Assembly (NCBI RefSeq): GCF_001457615.1
Contig: NZ_LN831024.1
Location: 3,480,001 to 3,512,000, forward strand
DNA: 32,000 bases
Source of the DNA: Pseudomonas aeruginosa
Lineage (GTDB): Bacteria > Pseudomonadota > Gammaproteobacteria > Pseudomonadales > Pseudomonadaceae
Reading direction: 5' to 3'
Shown here piece by piece: positions 8,530 through 18,033 of the stretch; position 1 is the stretch's first letter, and every line of letters starts with the position of its first letter. Position numbers and translations under genes: made by a program. A model generated the notes under the pieces. The model made no database searches and had not been told where the DNA came from. It saw only the letters and a program-made list of their open reading frames with translations.

Positions 8530-9615
8530 ATGGACGGCCTGCGCCTGCGCTTCCGCCGCGCCTACCCCGGCTTCGAACTGGACATCGACCTGGCTCTTCC
8601 CGGTCGTGGCGTGACCGCTCTGTTCGGCCATTCAGGCTCCGGCAAGAGCACTTGCCTGCGCTGTATCGCCGGCCTGGAAAAGGCCGCCGAGGGCGAGGTG
8701 ACGATCAACGGCGAGACCTGGCAGGACAGCCGCCGCAACCTCTTCGTCGCGCCCCACCGGCGTGCCCTCGGCTACGTGTTCCAGGATGCCAACCTGTTCC
8801 GCCACCTGACGGTGCGGCGCAACCTGGCCTTCGGTCTCAAGCGCATCGCCGCCGCCGAACGCCGCGTCGAGCTGGAACAGGCCTGCGCCCTGCTGGGCAT
8901 CGAGCACCTGCTGGAACGCATGCCGGAACGCCTCTCCGGCGGCGAGCAGCAACGCGTCGGCATCGCCCGGGCCCTCCTCACCAGCCCGCGCCTGCTGCTG
9001 ATGGACGAGCCTCTGGCATCCCTCGACCTGAAGCGCAAGGGCGAGATCCTGCCCTATCTCGAGCGCCTGCACGAGGAACTGGACATCCCGGTGCTCTATG
9101 TCAGCCACTCGCCAGACGAAGTGGCGCGCCTGGCCGATCACCTGGTGCTGCTGGAGAACGGCAAGGTCCGCGCCAGCGGGCCGATCGGCGAAACCCTGGC
9201 GCGAGTCGACCTGCCGCTGGCGCTGGACGACGATGCCGGGGTGGTGATCGAGGGCACGGTCAGCGACCACGACCCGGCCTACGGCCTGCTGACCCTGGTC
9301 CTGCCCGGCAGTGCGCTGCAAATGCGCGTCGCCCACGCCCCGCTGGCCCCCGGCAAGCGCCTGCGCTTCAAGGTACAGGCGCGCGACGTCAGCCTGAACC
9401 TGCGCGACGACGCCCAGAGCAGCATCCTCAACCGCCTGCCGGTACGGGTCCTGGAATTGGTCGATACCGACACCGCGGCCCACGTTCTGGTGCGCCTGGA
9501 TGCCGGCGGCAATCCGCTGCTGGCGCGGATCACCCGTTACTCGCGGGACCAGTTGCAACTACGACCCGGCCAGCTGTTGTGGGCGCAGATCAAGTCGGTG
9601 GCGGTGCTCGCCTGA
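8530..9615 (+). CDS. modC: Molybdate ABC transporter ATPase with a C-terminal Mop/TOBE domain
   Basis: 361 aa with Walker [13 protein letters not shown] signature LSGGEQQRV and Walker B LLLMDEP. The C-terminal ~130 aa is TOBE-like. The ATG is 1 nt after the modB stop. Confidence 0.95.
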   Translation: MDGLRLRFRRAYPGFELDIDLALPGRGVTALFGHSGSGKSTCLRCIAGLEKAAEGEVTINGETWQDSRRNLFVAPHRRALGYVFQDANLFRHLTVRRNLAFGLKRIAAAERRVELEQACALLGIEHLLERMPERLSGGEQQRVGIARALLTSPRLLLMDEPLASLDLKRKGEILPYLERLHEELDIPVLYVSHSPDEVARLADHLVLLENGKVRASGPIGETLARVDLPLALDDDAGVVIEGTVSDHDPAYGLLTLVLPGSALQMRVAHAPLAPGKRLRFKVQARDVSLNLRDDAQSSILNRLPVRVLELVDTDTAAHVLVRLDAGGNPLLARITRYSRDQLQLRPGQLLWAQIKSVAVLA

Positions 9616-9636
9616 CCCCGGCCTCGCCTGCGGCGC

Positions 9637-10464
9637 CTAGACCCTGGGCCAACGGTAGCGGATCAGCCGGCCCATCCGCCGCAGGAAGGCGAAGCCGTTG
9701 TAGATCGGCAGCATCAGCCGCGACGACTGCGGCAGCTTGGCGACGTCCTGCGGGTCATAGTCGGTGACCTCCTCGATGAAACGCAGGGCCGGATGCCACC
9801 GCTCGAGTTCGCGCGGGTCGTCGATGCTCCAATGCACCTGCGCCCCGGTCTCGCGCAGCGGCGGATACAGGCGCAGCAGCATGATGCCGAGGCGGCCGTA
9901 GCCGTCGAACAGCAGCTCGCCGCTACCCAGGTGGTCGACCAGGCGTTCCACCAGGCGTCGCACCTGGGACTCCCGCAGGTAAGGCATCAGCCCCTCGGCC
10001 AGGACCAGGGCGGGCCGCTCGCGCGGCACCCCTTGCAGCCAGCCGTCGTCGTCCACCGAGTGGCGCAGCGCCCGATAGGCGCCGGCGCGCGGCGGGTAGA
10101 GCCGCTCGCGCAGGTCCATGACTTCCGGATAGTCGAGGTCGAACCAGGGCAGCTCGGCCGGCGGGTCGACCCGGTAGATACGGCTGTCCAGGCCGCAACC
10201 GAGGTTGAGCACCTGCCCCTCGGGATGGTGGTCGAGGAACTCGCGGCAGGCCTGGTCGAAGTAATGCGAGCGCATGGCCAGGGCCCGTTCGTTGCCCTTG
10301 CCGAGGGCGACCCTGGAGAAGTCGAAGTCGATCTGCCGCACCGCCTCCTCGGCGAAACGGTCATGGAGGATGGAATCGTCCAGGCGGCTATCCAGCGCCT
10401 TGGCGTAGAGGGTGATCAGGAGCGTCTGCTTTTCTCCGGTGAGGGTAATGCGGTGGCCGGGCAT
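9637..10464 (-). CDS. Class I SAM-dependent O-methyltransferase (TcmP / leucine carboxyl methyltransferase-like)
   Basis: 275 aa with SAM motif I VLNLGCGLDSR. The N-terminal LITLYAKALDSR and the following region are typical of the polyketide-type O-methyltransferase family. Confidence 0.85.
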   Translation of the reverse strand: MPGHRITLTGEKQTLLITLYAKALDSRLDDSILHDRFAEEAVRQIDFDFSRVALGKGNERALAMRSHYFDQACREFLDHHPEGQVLNLGCGLDSRIYRVDPPAELPWFDLDYPEVMDLRERLYPPRAGAYRALRHSVDDDGWLQGVPRERPALVLAEGLMPYLRESQVRRLVERLVDHLGSGELLFDGYGRLGIMLLRLYPPLRETGAQVHWSIDDPRELERWHPALRFIEEVTDYDPQDVAKLPQSSRLMLPIYNGFAFLRRMGRLIRYRWPRV

Positions 10465-10500
10465 GAAAACCTCCTGCGGGCACGCGTGCCTCTTCAGTCC

Positions 10501-10529
10501 TTGCCGAAAACATCGCTATGCTTCGGCAA
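10501..10529. promoter_or_regulatory. Perfect 8-bp inverted repeat in the divergent methyltransferase / LysR promoter region
   Basis: TTGCCGAA-N13-TTCGGCAA ends 21 nt upstream of the LysR ATG. A second perfect palindrome, GGCACGCGTGCC, lies at 10479-10490. Its position fits a LysR autoregulatory/activation site. Confidence 0.4.
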
Positions 10530-10549
10530 TGATTGCCCTGGAGTCACGA

Positions 10550-11437
10550 ATGAAAGCCAACTCCGATGAACTGCAAAGCTTCGTCAGTGTAGTCGACAGC
10601 GGTTCCATCAGCGCCGCCGCGGAACAGATGGGACTGACCGCCTCGGCCGTCAGCCGGACCCTCTCGCGCCTCGAGCACAAGCTCGGCACCACCCTGCTCA
10701 ACCGCACCACCCGGCGCATGGAGCTGACCGAGGAAGGCCGCTACTTCCTCGACCAGGCACGGCAGATCCTGCAGCAGATGGAGGCGCTCGAGGAACGCCT
10801 GGCCCTGCGCCGGCAGAGCCCCGCCGGGCGCCTGCGGATCAACGCCGCCTCGCCCTTCATGCTGCACGCGGTGGTGCCGCACATCGGCGAGTTCCGCCGG
10901 CTGTACCCGGACATCCAGCTCGAACTCAACACCAACGACCTGATCATCGACCTGTTGGAGCAACGCACCGACGTGGCGATCCGCATCGGCGCGCTCAGCG
11001 ACTCCACCCTGCACGCGCGCCCGCTGGGCGCCAGCCGCCTGCACATCCTCGCCAGCCCGGAGTACCTGGCCCGCCACGGCACGCCGGCGAGCATCGAGGG
11101 GCTGCGAGGGCACACCCTGCTCGGCTTCACCCAGCCCGAGCACCTCAACCGCTGGCCGGTGGTGCACGCCGACGGCGATCGCCTGGAGATCCAGCCGGAT
11201 ATCTCTGCCTCCAGCGGCGAGACGCTCCGCCAACTGGCCCTGAGCCACCAGGGCATCGCCTGCCTGGCCAGCTTCATGACCGACCGCGATATCCAGGACG
11301 GGCGCCTGGTGCCGCTGTTCGCCGAACAGATGAGCGAATACCGGCAACCGATCCACGCCGTCTACTATCGCAACTCGCAACTGGCGCTGCGCATCCAGTG
11401 CTTCCTCGACTTCATCCAGCAGCGCCTGGGCGCCTGA
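10550..11437 (+). CDS. LysR-family transcriptional regulator
   Basis: The track ORF starts at 10412. I prefer ATG 10550, which is preceded by GGAG 8 nt upstream. The HTH is LQSFVSVVDSGSISAAAEQMGLTASAVSRTLSRLEHKLGTTLLNRTTRRMELTEEG, followed by a LysR substrate-binding domain. Confidence 0.9.
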   Translation: MKANSDELQSFVSVVDSGSISAAAEQMGLTASAVSRTLSRLEHKLGTTLLNRTTRRMELTEEGRYFLDQARQILQQMEALEERLALRRQSPAGRLRINAASPFMLHAVVPHIGEFRRLYPDIQLELNTNDLIIDLLEQRTDVAIRIGALSDSTLHARPLGASRLHILASPEYLARHGTPASIEGLRGHTLLGFTQPEHLNRWPVVHADGDRLEIQPDISASSGETLRQLALSHQGIACLASFMTDRDIQDGRLVPLFAEQMSEYRQPIHAVYYRNSQLALRIQCFLDFIQQRLGA

Positions 11438-11445
11438 GACCGACC

Positions 11446-12273
11446 GTGAACGAATCCCTCGATTTCTCGCCCTACCTCGAGCGCTGGGCGTTGCAACCCG
11501 ACGGCGAGCCCTTCGCCACCCACAGCAGCCGCCTGCTGCCGGTGCGCCATCGCGGCGCAGCGGCGATGCTGAAGATATCCAGTGCCGAAGAAGAGCGTTT
11601 CGGCCACGTACTGCTCAACTGGTGGGACGGCCAGGGCGCGGCCAGGGTGCTGGCCTACGACCACCAGGCGCTGCTGATGGAGCGTGCCACCGGCGGGCGC
11701 TCGCTGCTGGAGATGGTCAGGCGCGGCGACGACGACGAGGCTACGCGTATCCTCTGCCAGGCCATCGAACGCATCCATGCCCCGCGCCCGGGTCCGTTGC
11801 CGGAACTGACCCCGCTGGAGCGCTGGTTCGACTCGCTGTATGCCGCCGAGCGCCGCTACGGCGGGCTCTACGTCGACTGCGCGAATGCCGCCCGCTACCT
11901 GCTGGAGACCGCTCGCGAACAGCGCCCGCTGCATGGCGACATCCACCACGGCAATGTGCTCGACTTCGGCGAGCGCGGCTGGCAAGTCATCGACCCCAAG
12001 CGGCTCTACGGCGAGCGCGGCTACGACTACGCCAACCTGTTCACCAATCCCGACGCGAAGACCGCCCAGGCGCCCGGCCGTTTCGAGCGCCAGCTGGAGA
12101 TCGTAATCGCCGCCAGCGGCCTGCAGCGCCGCCGCCTGCTGCAATGGATCCTGGCCTGGACCGGACTCTCGGCGGCCTGGTTCGACGAGGACGGCAGCCG
12201 CGAGGAGACCGAAGCCGAGCTGGCCATCGCCCGCCTGGCCCTGGCAAACCTCGCTCGAACGCCTGCGCAATGA
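11446..12273 (+). CDS. str: Aminoglycoside (streptomycin) phosphotransferase-like kinase, APH(6)/StrB-like
   Basis: It has the kinase catalytic loop [11 protein letters not shown] and a downstream VIDPK, plus the N-terminal [13 protein letters not shown]...LLPV typical of the APH(6)/hydroxyurea-kinase family. The start is ambiguous. GTG 11446 lies 8 nt after the LysR stop, and ATG 11398 would overlap the LysR gene by 40 nt. The symbol is from my recollection of the PAO1 annotation. Confidence 0.8.
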   Translation: MNESLDFSPYLERWALQPDGEPFATHSSRLLPVRHRGAAAMLKISSAEEERFGHVLLNWWDGQGAARVLAYDHQALLMERATGGRSLLEMVRRGDDDEATRILCQAIERIHAPRPGPLPELTPLERWFDSLYAAERRYGGLYVDCANAARYLLETAREQRPLHGDIHHGNVLDFGERGWQVIDPKRLYGERGYDYANLFTNPDAKTAQAPGRFERQLEIVIAASGLQRRRLLQWILAWTGLSAAWFDEDGSREETEAELAIARLALANLARTPAQ

Positions 12274-12388
12274 ACTGTGCGGCGGCTCCCGCGCTCCAAC
12301 GCGAGGCACTGTTCCGCCGCCGCGATCCGGTGTCAAATACACACCCCGCCAAGATGGCGGTGCCCACCACCCAGTAAGGAAACCCAAG

Positions 12389-13312
12389 ATGGCCGGAGCC
12401 AGCCTCCTCACCCTCCTCGACGATATTGCCGCGGTGCTCGACGACGTCTCGCTGATGACCAAGGTCGCCGCGAAGAAGACCGCCGGTGTCCTCGGCGACG
12501 ACCTGGCCCTCAACGCCCAGCAGGTCACCGGGGTCAACGCCGACCGCGAACTGCCGGTGGTCTGGGCGGTAGCCAAGGGCTCGCTGCGGAACAAGGCGAT
12601 CCTCGTCCCCGCCGCGCTGTTGATCAGCGCCTTCGCGCCCTGGGCGGTGATCCCGCTGCTGATGCTCGGTGGCGCCTACCTGTGCTTCGAAGGCTTCGAG
12701 AAGATCGCCCACAAATACCTGCCCCATGACGACGAGCACGCCGACGAGGCAGCGCTGGCGGCCAATGTCGACGTGGCCGCCCTGGAAAAGCAGAAGATCG
12801 GCGGCGCGATCCGTACCGACTTCATCCTCTCCGCGGAAATCATCGCCATCACCCTGGGTACCGTCGCCGAGTCCAGCTTCACCACCCAGGTACTGGTGCT
12901 GGTCGGCATCGCCCTGGTGATGACCATCGGCGTCTACGGCCTGGTCGCCGGCATCGTCAAGCTGGACGACGCCGGCCTCTACCTGTCCAGGCGCGACAGC
13001 GGCTTTGCCCAAGGGCTCGGCGGCGCCATCCTGCGCACCGCGCCATACCTGATGAAAGGCCTGTCGGTGGTCGGCATGGCGGCGATGTTCATGGTCGGCG
13101 GCGGCATCCTCACCCACGGTATCCCGGTGGTCCACCACGCCATCGAACAGGCCGCGCAGAGCGTCGCCGGCATCGCCACGCTGGGCCCGCTGCTGGCGGC
13201 GATCACCCCGACCCTGCTGAACTTCCTGTTCGGCATCGTCGCCGGCGCCGTGGTCCTGGCGGGGGTGCTGCTGGTCAAGCGCCTGCTGCCGAAGAAGAAA
13301 AAGACTGGCTGA
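12389..13312 (+). CDS. DUF808 (YedI-like) inner-membrane protein
   Basis: 307 aa. [46 protein letters not shown] is the characteristic DUF808 N-terminus. It has several TM helices, and AAGGA lies 9 nt upstream of the ATG. Confidence 0.85.
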   Translation: MAGASLLTLLDDIAAVLDDVSLMTKVAAKKTAGVLGDDLALNAQQVTGVNADRELPVVWAVAKGSLRNKAILVPAALLISAFAPWAVIPLLMLGGAYLCFEGFEKIAHKYLPHDDEHADEAALAANVDVAALEKQKIGGAIRTDFILSAEIIAITLGTVAESSFTTQVLVLVGIALVMTIGVYGLVAGIVKLDDAGLYLSRRDSGFAQGLGGAILRTAPYLMKGLSVVGMAAMFMVGGGILTHGIPVVHHAIEQAAQSVAGIATLGPLLAAITPTLLNFLFGIVAGAVVLAGVLLVKRLLPKKKKTG

Positions 13313-13658
13313 GCCTGCCATCGCCGGCAGCGCCATCGCGGAGGGCGGATAGCCGCCCTGGCGCACATCCCACGAAGCGGTTGTGCGCCCTGCCCCGGAA
13401 GTCCTCCTCCGTTTCAATTCAATAATTTTGCACTGTAATAGCAACATTATTCGTTGGAGACGAATAAAGCTCCCCTCCTAGAATGGCCACCAGTGCCATG
13501 AGCCGTCTGTTCCGAGCCTTCCAGACGAAGATCCGACCTCCGCACTCCATCGACCCGGCAACGGGATACCCAGAAAAATACCGATAACCCAACGAGGACC
13601 CGAGGGTCGCGCCTGCTCGCCAGCCGGCCGGACCCCGGGGCCCGGCGTGCCAGCGACC

Positions 13659-15101
13659 ATGAACGATACGGATAGCAGAAAAGATCCGGACGGCTACAAC
13701 TACGACGTCGTCCGCCAGTTCACCCTGATGACCCTGGTCTGGGGCATCCTCGGCATGGGCCTGGGGGTGTTCATCGCCGCCCAACTGGTCTGGCCGGCGC
13801 TCAACCTCGACCTGCCCTGGACCAGCTTCGGCCGCATCCGCCCGATCCACACCAGCCTGGTGATCTTCGCCTTCGGCGGCAGCGCGTTGTTCGCCACCTC
13901 CTTCTACGTGGTGCAGCGCACCAGCGGCGTGCGGCTGATCTCCGATGCCCTGGCGCGCTTCGTGTTCTGGGGCTGGCAGGCGGCGATCGTGGGGATGATC
14001 GTCAGCTACCCGCTGGGCTATACCACCTCCAAGGAATACGCCGAGATGGAATGGCCGCTGGCGCTGTGGATGGCGATCGTCTGGGTGGTCTATGCCTACC
14101 TGTTCTTCGGCACCATCGCCCGTCGCAAGGTGAAGCACATCTACGTCGGCAACTGGTTCTACGGCGCCTTCATCATCGTCACCGCGATGGTCCATATCGT
14201 GAACCATGCATTGCTGCCGGTGAGCCTGGGCAAGTCCTACTCGGCCTATTCCGGCGCCACCGACGCGATGATCCAGTGGTGGTACGGGCACAGTGTGGTC
14301 GGCTTCATCCTCTCGGTCGGCTTCCTCGGCATGATGTACTACTTCGTGCCCAAGCAGGCCGGGCGACCGATCTACTCCTATCGCCTGTCCATCGTGCATT
14401 TCTGGGCGATCATCTCGATCTACATCTGGGCCGGTCCGCACCACCTGCACTACACCGCGCTGCCGGACTGGGCGCAGTCGCTGGGCATGGTGATGTCGCT
14501 GATCCTCCTGGCACCGAGCTGGGGCGGCATGATCAACGGCATGATGACCCTCTCCGGCGCCTGGCATAAGCTGCGCACCGACCCGATCCTGCGCTTCCTG
14601 GTGGTGTCCCTGGCCTTCTACGGCATGTCCACCTTCGAAGGCCCGATGATGGCGATCAAGACGGTCAACTCGCTGTCCCACTACACCGACTGGACCATCG
14701 GCCATGTCCACGCCGGCGCCCTCGGCTGGGTGGCGATGATCTCCATCGGCACGCTCTACCACATGATCCCGAAACTCTGGGGCCGCGAGCGGATGCACAG
14801 CGTCGGCCTGATCAACGCGCACTTCTGGCTGGCCACCATCGGCACCGTGCTGTACATCGCCTCGATGTGGGTCAACGGCATCACCCAGGGCCTGATGTGG
14901 CGGGCGGTCAACGAGGACGGCACGCTCACCTACTCGTTCGTCGAGGCGCTGGTGGCCAGCCATCCGGGCTACGTGGTGCGCCTGCTCGGCGGCGCCACCT
15001 TCGCCAGCGGCATGCTGCTGATGGCCTACAACACCTGGCGGACCCTGCGCAGCGCGCAGGACCAGCGGCAGCCGGTCCTGGCGGCCGGCCAGGGGGCCTG
15101 A
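13659..15101 (+). CDS. ccoN4: cbb3-type cytochrome c oxidase catalytic subunit CcoN (orphan isoform)
   Basis: It has 12 or more TM helices and CcoN motifs [20 protein letters not shown] and [10 protein letters not shown] (heme/CuB His ligands). The track starts at GTG 13647; I prefer ATG 13659. No ccoO or ccoP follows. Confidence 0.95.
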   Translation: MNDTDSRKDPDGYNYDVVRQFTLMTLVWGILGMGLGVFIAAQLVWPALNLDLPWTSFGRIRPIHTSLVIFAFGGSALFATSFYVVQRTSGVRLISDALARFVFWGWQAAIVGMIVSYPLGYTTSKEYAEMEWPLALWMAIVWVVYAYLFFGTIARRKVKHIYVGNWFYGAFIIVTAMVHIVNHALLPVSLGKSYSAYSGATDAMIQWWYGHSVVGFILSVGFLGMMYYFVPKQAGRPIYSYRLSIVHFWAIISIYIWAGPHHLHYTALPDWAQSLGMVMSLILLAPSWGGMINGMMTLSGAWHKLRTDPILRFLVVSLAFYGMSTFEGPMMAIKTVNSLSHYTDWTIGHVHAGALGWVAMISIGTLYHMIPKLWGRERMHSVGLINAHFWLATIGTVLYIASMWVNGITQGLMWRAVNEDGTLTYSFVEALVASHPGYVVRLLGGATFASGMLLMAYNTWRTLRSAQDQRQPVLAAGQGA

Positions 15102-15103
15102 AC

Positions 15104-15325
15104 ATGCTGTTGTCCCTGCTGTGCCTCTCCACCCTGGCGCTCGGCCTCGCCCTCAGGCTCGCCGGCAGTACCCGCGAGGAACGCGAACAGGCCGCCCTGC
15201 TGCCATTCGCCGACGATCCCGAGGCCGCCCGCCGGGTCGCCCGGGATACCGGCAAGATCTGCCGGCAGGTGGTCCGCCCCCTCGAGGAATCCCGCGAGGC
15301 CGCCGGCCCGCCGTTCCTCGCCTGA
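15104..15325 (+). CDS. ccoQ4: Small single-TM CcoQ-like cbb3 oxidase accessory subunit
   Basis: 73 aa: MLLSLLCLSTLALGLALRLAGSTREEREQAALLPFADDPEAARR.... It has one N-terminal TM helix followed by an acidic LPFADD motif, as in CcoQ. The ATG is 2 nt after the ccoN4 stop. It lies inside a longer track ORF (14867..15325) whose 5' part overlaps ccoN4. Confidence 0.6.
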   Translation: MLLSLLCLSTLALGLALRLAGSTREEREQAALLPFADDPEAARRVARDTGKICRQVVRPLEESREAAGPPFLA

Positions 15326-15416
15326 ACCGACTCCATCATCCAGGGATGGATGCCTCCAGCACGAAAGTGCCTTACGGGGCCGGCAACGGCCCCTTTCTTT
15401 CGCTTCGAAGAGTTCC

Positions 15417-16574
15417 ATGAACGACTCCCCCAGCACCGCCGTACGCACCTGGCTGAAAGGCTTCCGCCCCCTGACCCTGAACGCTCGACCGCGCGACTGC
15501 CTGCGCGCCGGACTCGGTGCCTGCATCGGCGCGCTCGCCGCGGTATTCGCCTGCCAGGCGTTGTTCGGCAGCGAACTGGCGCTGCGCCTGGCAGCGCCGC
15601 TCGGCGCATCCGCCGTACTACTGTTCGCCCTCGCCTCCAGCCCCCTGGCGCAACCCTGGTCGATGCTCGGCGGCAACCTGGTCGCCGCCCTGGCCGGCGG
15701 CCTCAGCGCCTATTGGTTCGGACACGATCTGGCCCCGGCCCTGGTCGGCATGGCCCTCGGCATGCTGCTGATGTTCGCCCTGCGCTGCCTGCATCCGCCG
15801 AGCTGCGCGCTGGCCCTGAGCGTGGCCCTCAACCCGTCCCTGAGCGAACTCGGCATCGACGTGGTCTGGCCGATCCTGCTCTCCACCCTGGTGCTGATCG
15901 GCTGCGCGCTGCTCTACAACAACCTGATGCGCTCTCCCTACCCGCGCCCCTACCAGTCGCCGCGGGCCAATCTCCATGGCACCCGCGACCTGGCGCCGAG
16001 CGCGCGTACGGACTTCTCCGCCCGGGACCTGGACCAGGCGCTGCAGGACTTCGGCGAATACGTCGACATCACCCGCGACGATCTCGAGCGACTGATCCAC
16101 CATACCGAGCGTTACGCCTTGCGCCGGCGCATGGGCGAGCTGACCGCGGCACGGATCATGTCCCGCGACGTGCAGACCGCCAGCACCGAGACCTTCATCG
16201 ACGACGCCTGGAAGCAGTTGCAGGAACACCGTCTGAAGGCCCTGCCGGTGCTCGACGAGCATCGGCGGCTGGCCGGCATCGTCACCCAGAGCGACCTGCT
16301 CAAGCACTTCCGCCCCGACGGCAGCCCGTTCAAGCGCCTGCGCTTCCTGCGCGGGACCAAGCTGAAGACGATCATGACCACCCCGGTGGTCTGCGTACAG
16401 GCCGACACCCACGCCGTCGAACTGGTCTCGCTGCTATCCGACGAAGGCCTGCACTGCCTGCCGGTGCTCAACGAGGCCGGCTACCTGGTCGGCATCGTCA
16501 GCCAGACCGACCTGATCGCCGCGCTCTACCGCAACTGGCTGCAGCACCTGGGCCAGGCCGATCAGATCACGTAG
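15417..16574 (+). CDS. HPP-family membrane protein fused to tandem CBS domains
   Basis: 385 aa. The N-terminal ~180 aa has 4-5 TM helices and the HPP motif (RCLHPPSCALA). The C-terminus has two CBS domains (IMSRDVQTAS...ALPVLDEHRRLAGIVTQSDLL and IMTTPVVCVQ...CLPVLNEAGYLVGIVSQTDLI). Confidence 0.9.
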   Translation: MNDSPSTAVRTWLKGFRPLTLNARPRDCLRAGLGACIGALAAVFACQALFGSELALRLAAPLGASAVLLFALASSPLAQPWSMLGGNLVAALAGGLSAYWFGHDLAPALVGMALGMLLMFALRCLHPPSCALALSVALNPSLSELGIDVVWPILLSTLVLIGCALLYNNLMRSPYPRPYQSPRANLHGTRDLAPSARTDFSARDLDQALQDFGEYVDITRDDLERLIHHTERYALRRRMGELTAARIMSRDVQTASTETFIDDAWKQLQEHRLKALPVLDEHRRLAGIVTQSDLLKHFRPDGSPFKRLRFLRGTKLKTIMTTPVVCVQADTHAVELVSLLSDEGLHCLPVLNEAGYLVGIVSQTDLIAALYRNWLQHLGQADQIT

Positions 16575-17425
16575 TCCCAGCGCTGCGACCAGTCGCTGTC
16601 CTCGCGGACCACTTCGCGCAGCAACTGGAACGCATGGCGCAGGGTCGGCGACAGGCGCTCGCGGGAGTACACCAGGTAGGTCGGGTAGGCGAACTCCGGC
16701 GCCTGCTCGACCCGTTGCAGGGTGCCGCCATCCAGGTAGCTGCTCACCACCCGGGTACGGAAATAACCGCTGCCGCCGTTCTGCATGATGTACTGCAGGG
16801 CCAGCGGACCGAGGTTGCAGGCTAGCGCGGCCTTGGCCCGGTCCGGCAGCGCGGCATCGTGCTGGCTGCGGAAATCCGGGCCCCAGTCGACATACAGATA
16901 AGGCTCCGCGGATAGCACGGAACGCACCATCACCAGCTTTTCCTCCAGCAACTGCTCGACCTGCAGCCCCGGCCAGTATTCCGGCTGGTAGACCAGCGCG
17001 GCATCCAGCGCGCCCTGCTCCAGTTGCTTGAGCAGGTCGGCGCCCTGGCCGATCTCGACCCGCACGGCGTGGCCGGGAATCGCCTCGCGCAGGCGCCGCA
17101 TCCAGTTCAGCAGCAACGGATTGCACAGGCTGACCTCGCCACCGAGGTTGAGCAGGTTGCGGAAGCCGTCCGGCAGCGGCAGGTCGCGTCGCGCCGCATC
17201 CCAGGTCTGCACCAGTTGGCTGGCGTAGCCGAGGAAGTGCTCGCCGTCGGCGGTCAGGCGCGCGCCCGCGCGGTTGCGCACGAACAGCCGGCAGCCGAGT
17301 TGCCCTTCGAGGTTCTGGATGCGCGCGGTGACGGCGGTCTGGGTCAGGTGCAGGCGTTCCGCGGCAGCGACGAAGCTACCGCTGCGTGCGATCTCCAGGA
17401 AGGTACGGGCGAGGTCGATATCCAT
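16562..17425 (-). CDS. LysR-family transcriptional regulator
   Basis: The track ORF extends to 17527. I prefer ATG 17425 (MDIDLARTFLEIARSGSFVAAAERLHLTQTAVTARIQNLEGQLGCRLFVRNRAG), the canonical LysR HTH at the extreme N-terminus. Its 3' end overlaps the convergent HPP-CBS gene by 13 nt. Confidence 0.9.
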   Translation of the reverse strand: MDIDLARTFLEIARSGSFVAAAERLHLTQTAVTARIQNLEGQLGCRLFVRNRAGARLTADGEHFLGYASQLVQTWDAARRDLPLPDGFRNLLNLGGEVSLCNPLLLNWMRRLREAIPGHAVRVEIGQGADLLKQLEQGALDAALVYQPEYWPGLQVEQLLEEKLVMVRSVLSAEPYLYVDWGPDFRSQHDAALPDRAKAALACNLGPLALQYIMQNGGSGYFRTRVVSSYLDGGTLQRVEQAPEFAYPTYLVYSRERLSPTLRHAFQLLREVVREDSDWSQRWDYVI

Positions 17426-17709
17426 GCGAAGCGGTCCGCGGCCACAGGTGGGCCGCCATTCTAGGCTGTGCAGGCGCGGGCGGCGAGCGCAAGGCGGCCT
17501 GGCCGCCCTCCTGGAAATCTGCGACAAAACACCGCGCCTAGCCGCTTCGGCACGCTAAAACCCTTCGAAAAAGCGACAACCTGTTGCACAAACGCGCCAC
17601 GCCGTGACTTTTTCGCTTTCGAAAGCATCAGTTAGCGTGACCGAACACGGTGGAGCCGGGAAGCGCCACCCATGTTCCACACAGACATGAACGAGAGAGA
17701 CCGACTCCC

Positions 17710-17985
17710 ATGAACGCTACGCTCCGTTTCAACGAGGCTTTGCTGATCACCGGGCGCGCCTTCCAGCCATACCAGTGCGTTGCCTGGTCCGAGCTAGGCA
17801 GTGACGGCGGCCTGAGCCTGTCCGTAGTCGATCGCACCGGCACCCGCCTGCTGGGCCGTGCGCGCATTCCGAGCTCCGCCTACTCCGATCCGGAGCAGCT
17901 TGCCGGCCTGCTGCAACAGGCACGCGAAGAACTCAGCCACAACGGCTACAACCTGCAGGACTGGAGTATGCCCAGCCAAGGCTGA
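17710..17985 (+). CDS. Small conserved hypothetical protein (91 aa)
   Basis: MNATLRFNEALLITGRAFQPYQCVAWSELGSDGGLSLSVVDRTGTRLLGRARIPSSAYSDPEQLAGLLQQAREELSHNGYNLQDWSMPSQG. The track uses GTG 17650; ATG 17710 is more conservative. It is followed 17 nt downstream by a strong terminator hairpin. It reminds me of small Pseudomonas-restricted DUF families, but I cannot verify that. Confidence 0.6.
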   Translation: MNATLRFNEALLITGRAFQPYQCVAWSELGSDGGLSLSVVDRTGTRLLGRARIPSSAYSDPEQLAGLLQQAREELSHNGYNLQDWSMPSQG

Positions 17986-18001
17986 GCCGCTCCATACGAC
18001 G

Positions 18002-18025
18002 AAAGGCGCCCATGGGCGCCTTTTT
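18002..18025. terminator. Bidirectional rho-independent terminator between two convergent genes
   Basis: AAAGGCGCCCATGGGCGCCTTTTT forms a perfect 8-bp GC-rich stem flanked by an A-run and a T-run. It lies between the small protein gene (ends 17985, +) and the GGDEF gene (ends 18034, -). Confidence 0.75.
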
Positions 18026-18033
18026 CGTTTCCT

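Noticed and set aside
13400-13440. An Anr/Dnr (FNR-type) box, TTGAT-N4-ATCAA, upstream of ccoN4.
   Set aside because: The closest sequences (TTCAATTCAATAA and TTGCACTGTAATAGCAA) do not fit the TTGAT-N4-ATCAA spacing or half-sites. I report only an unassigned AT-rich regulatory region.
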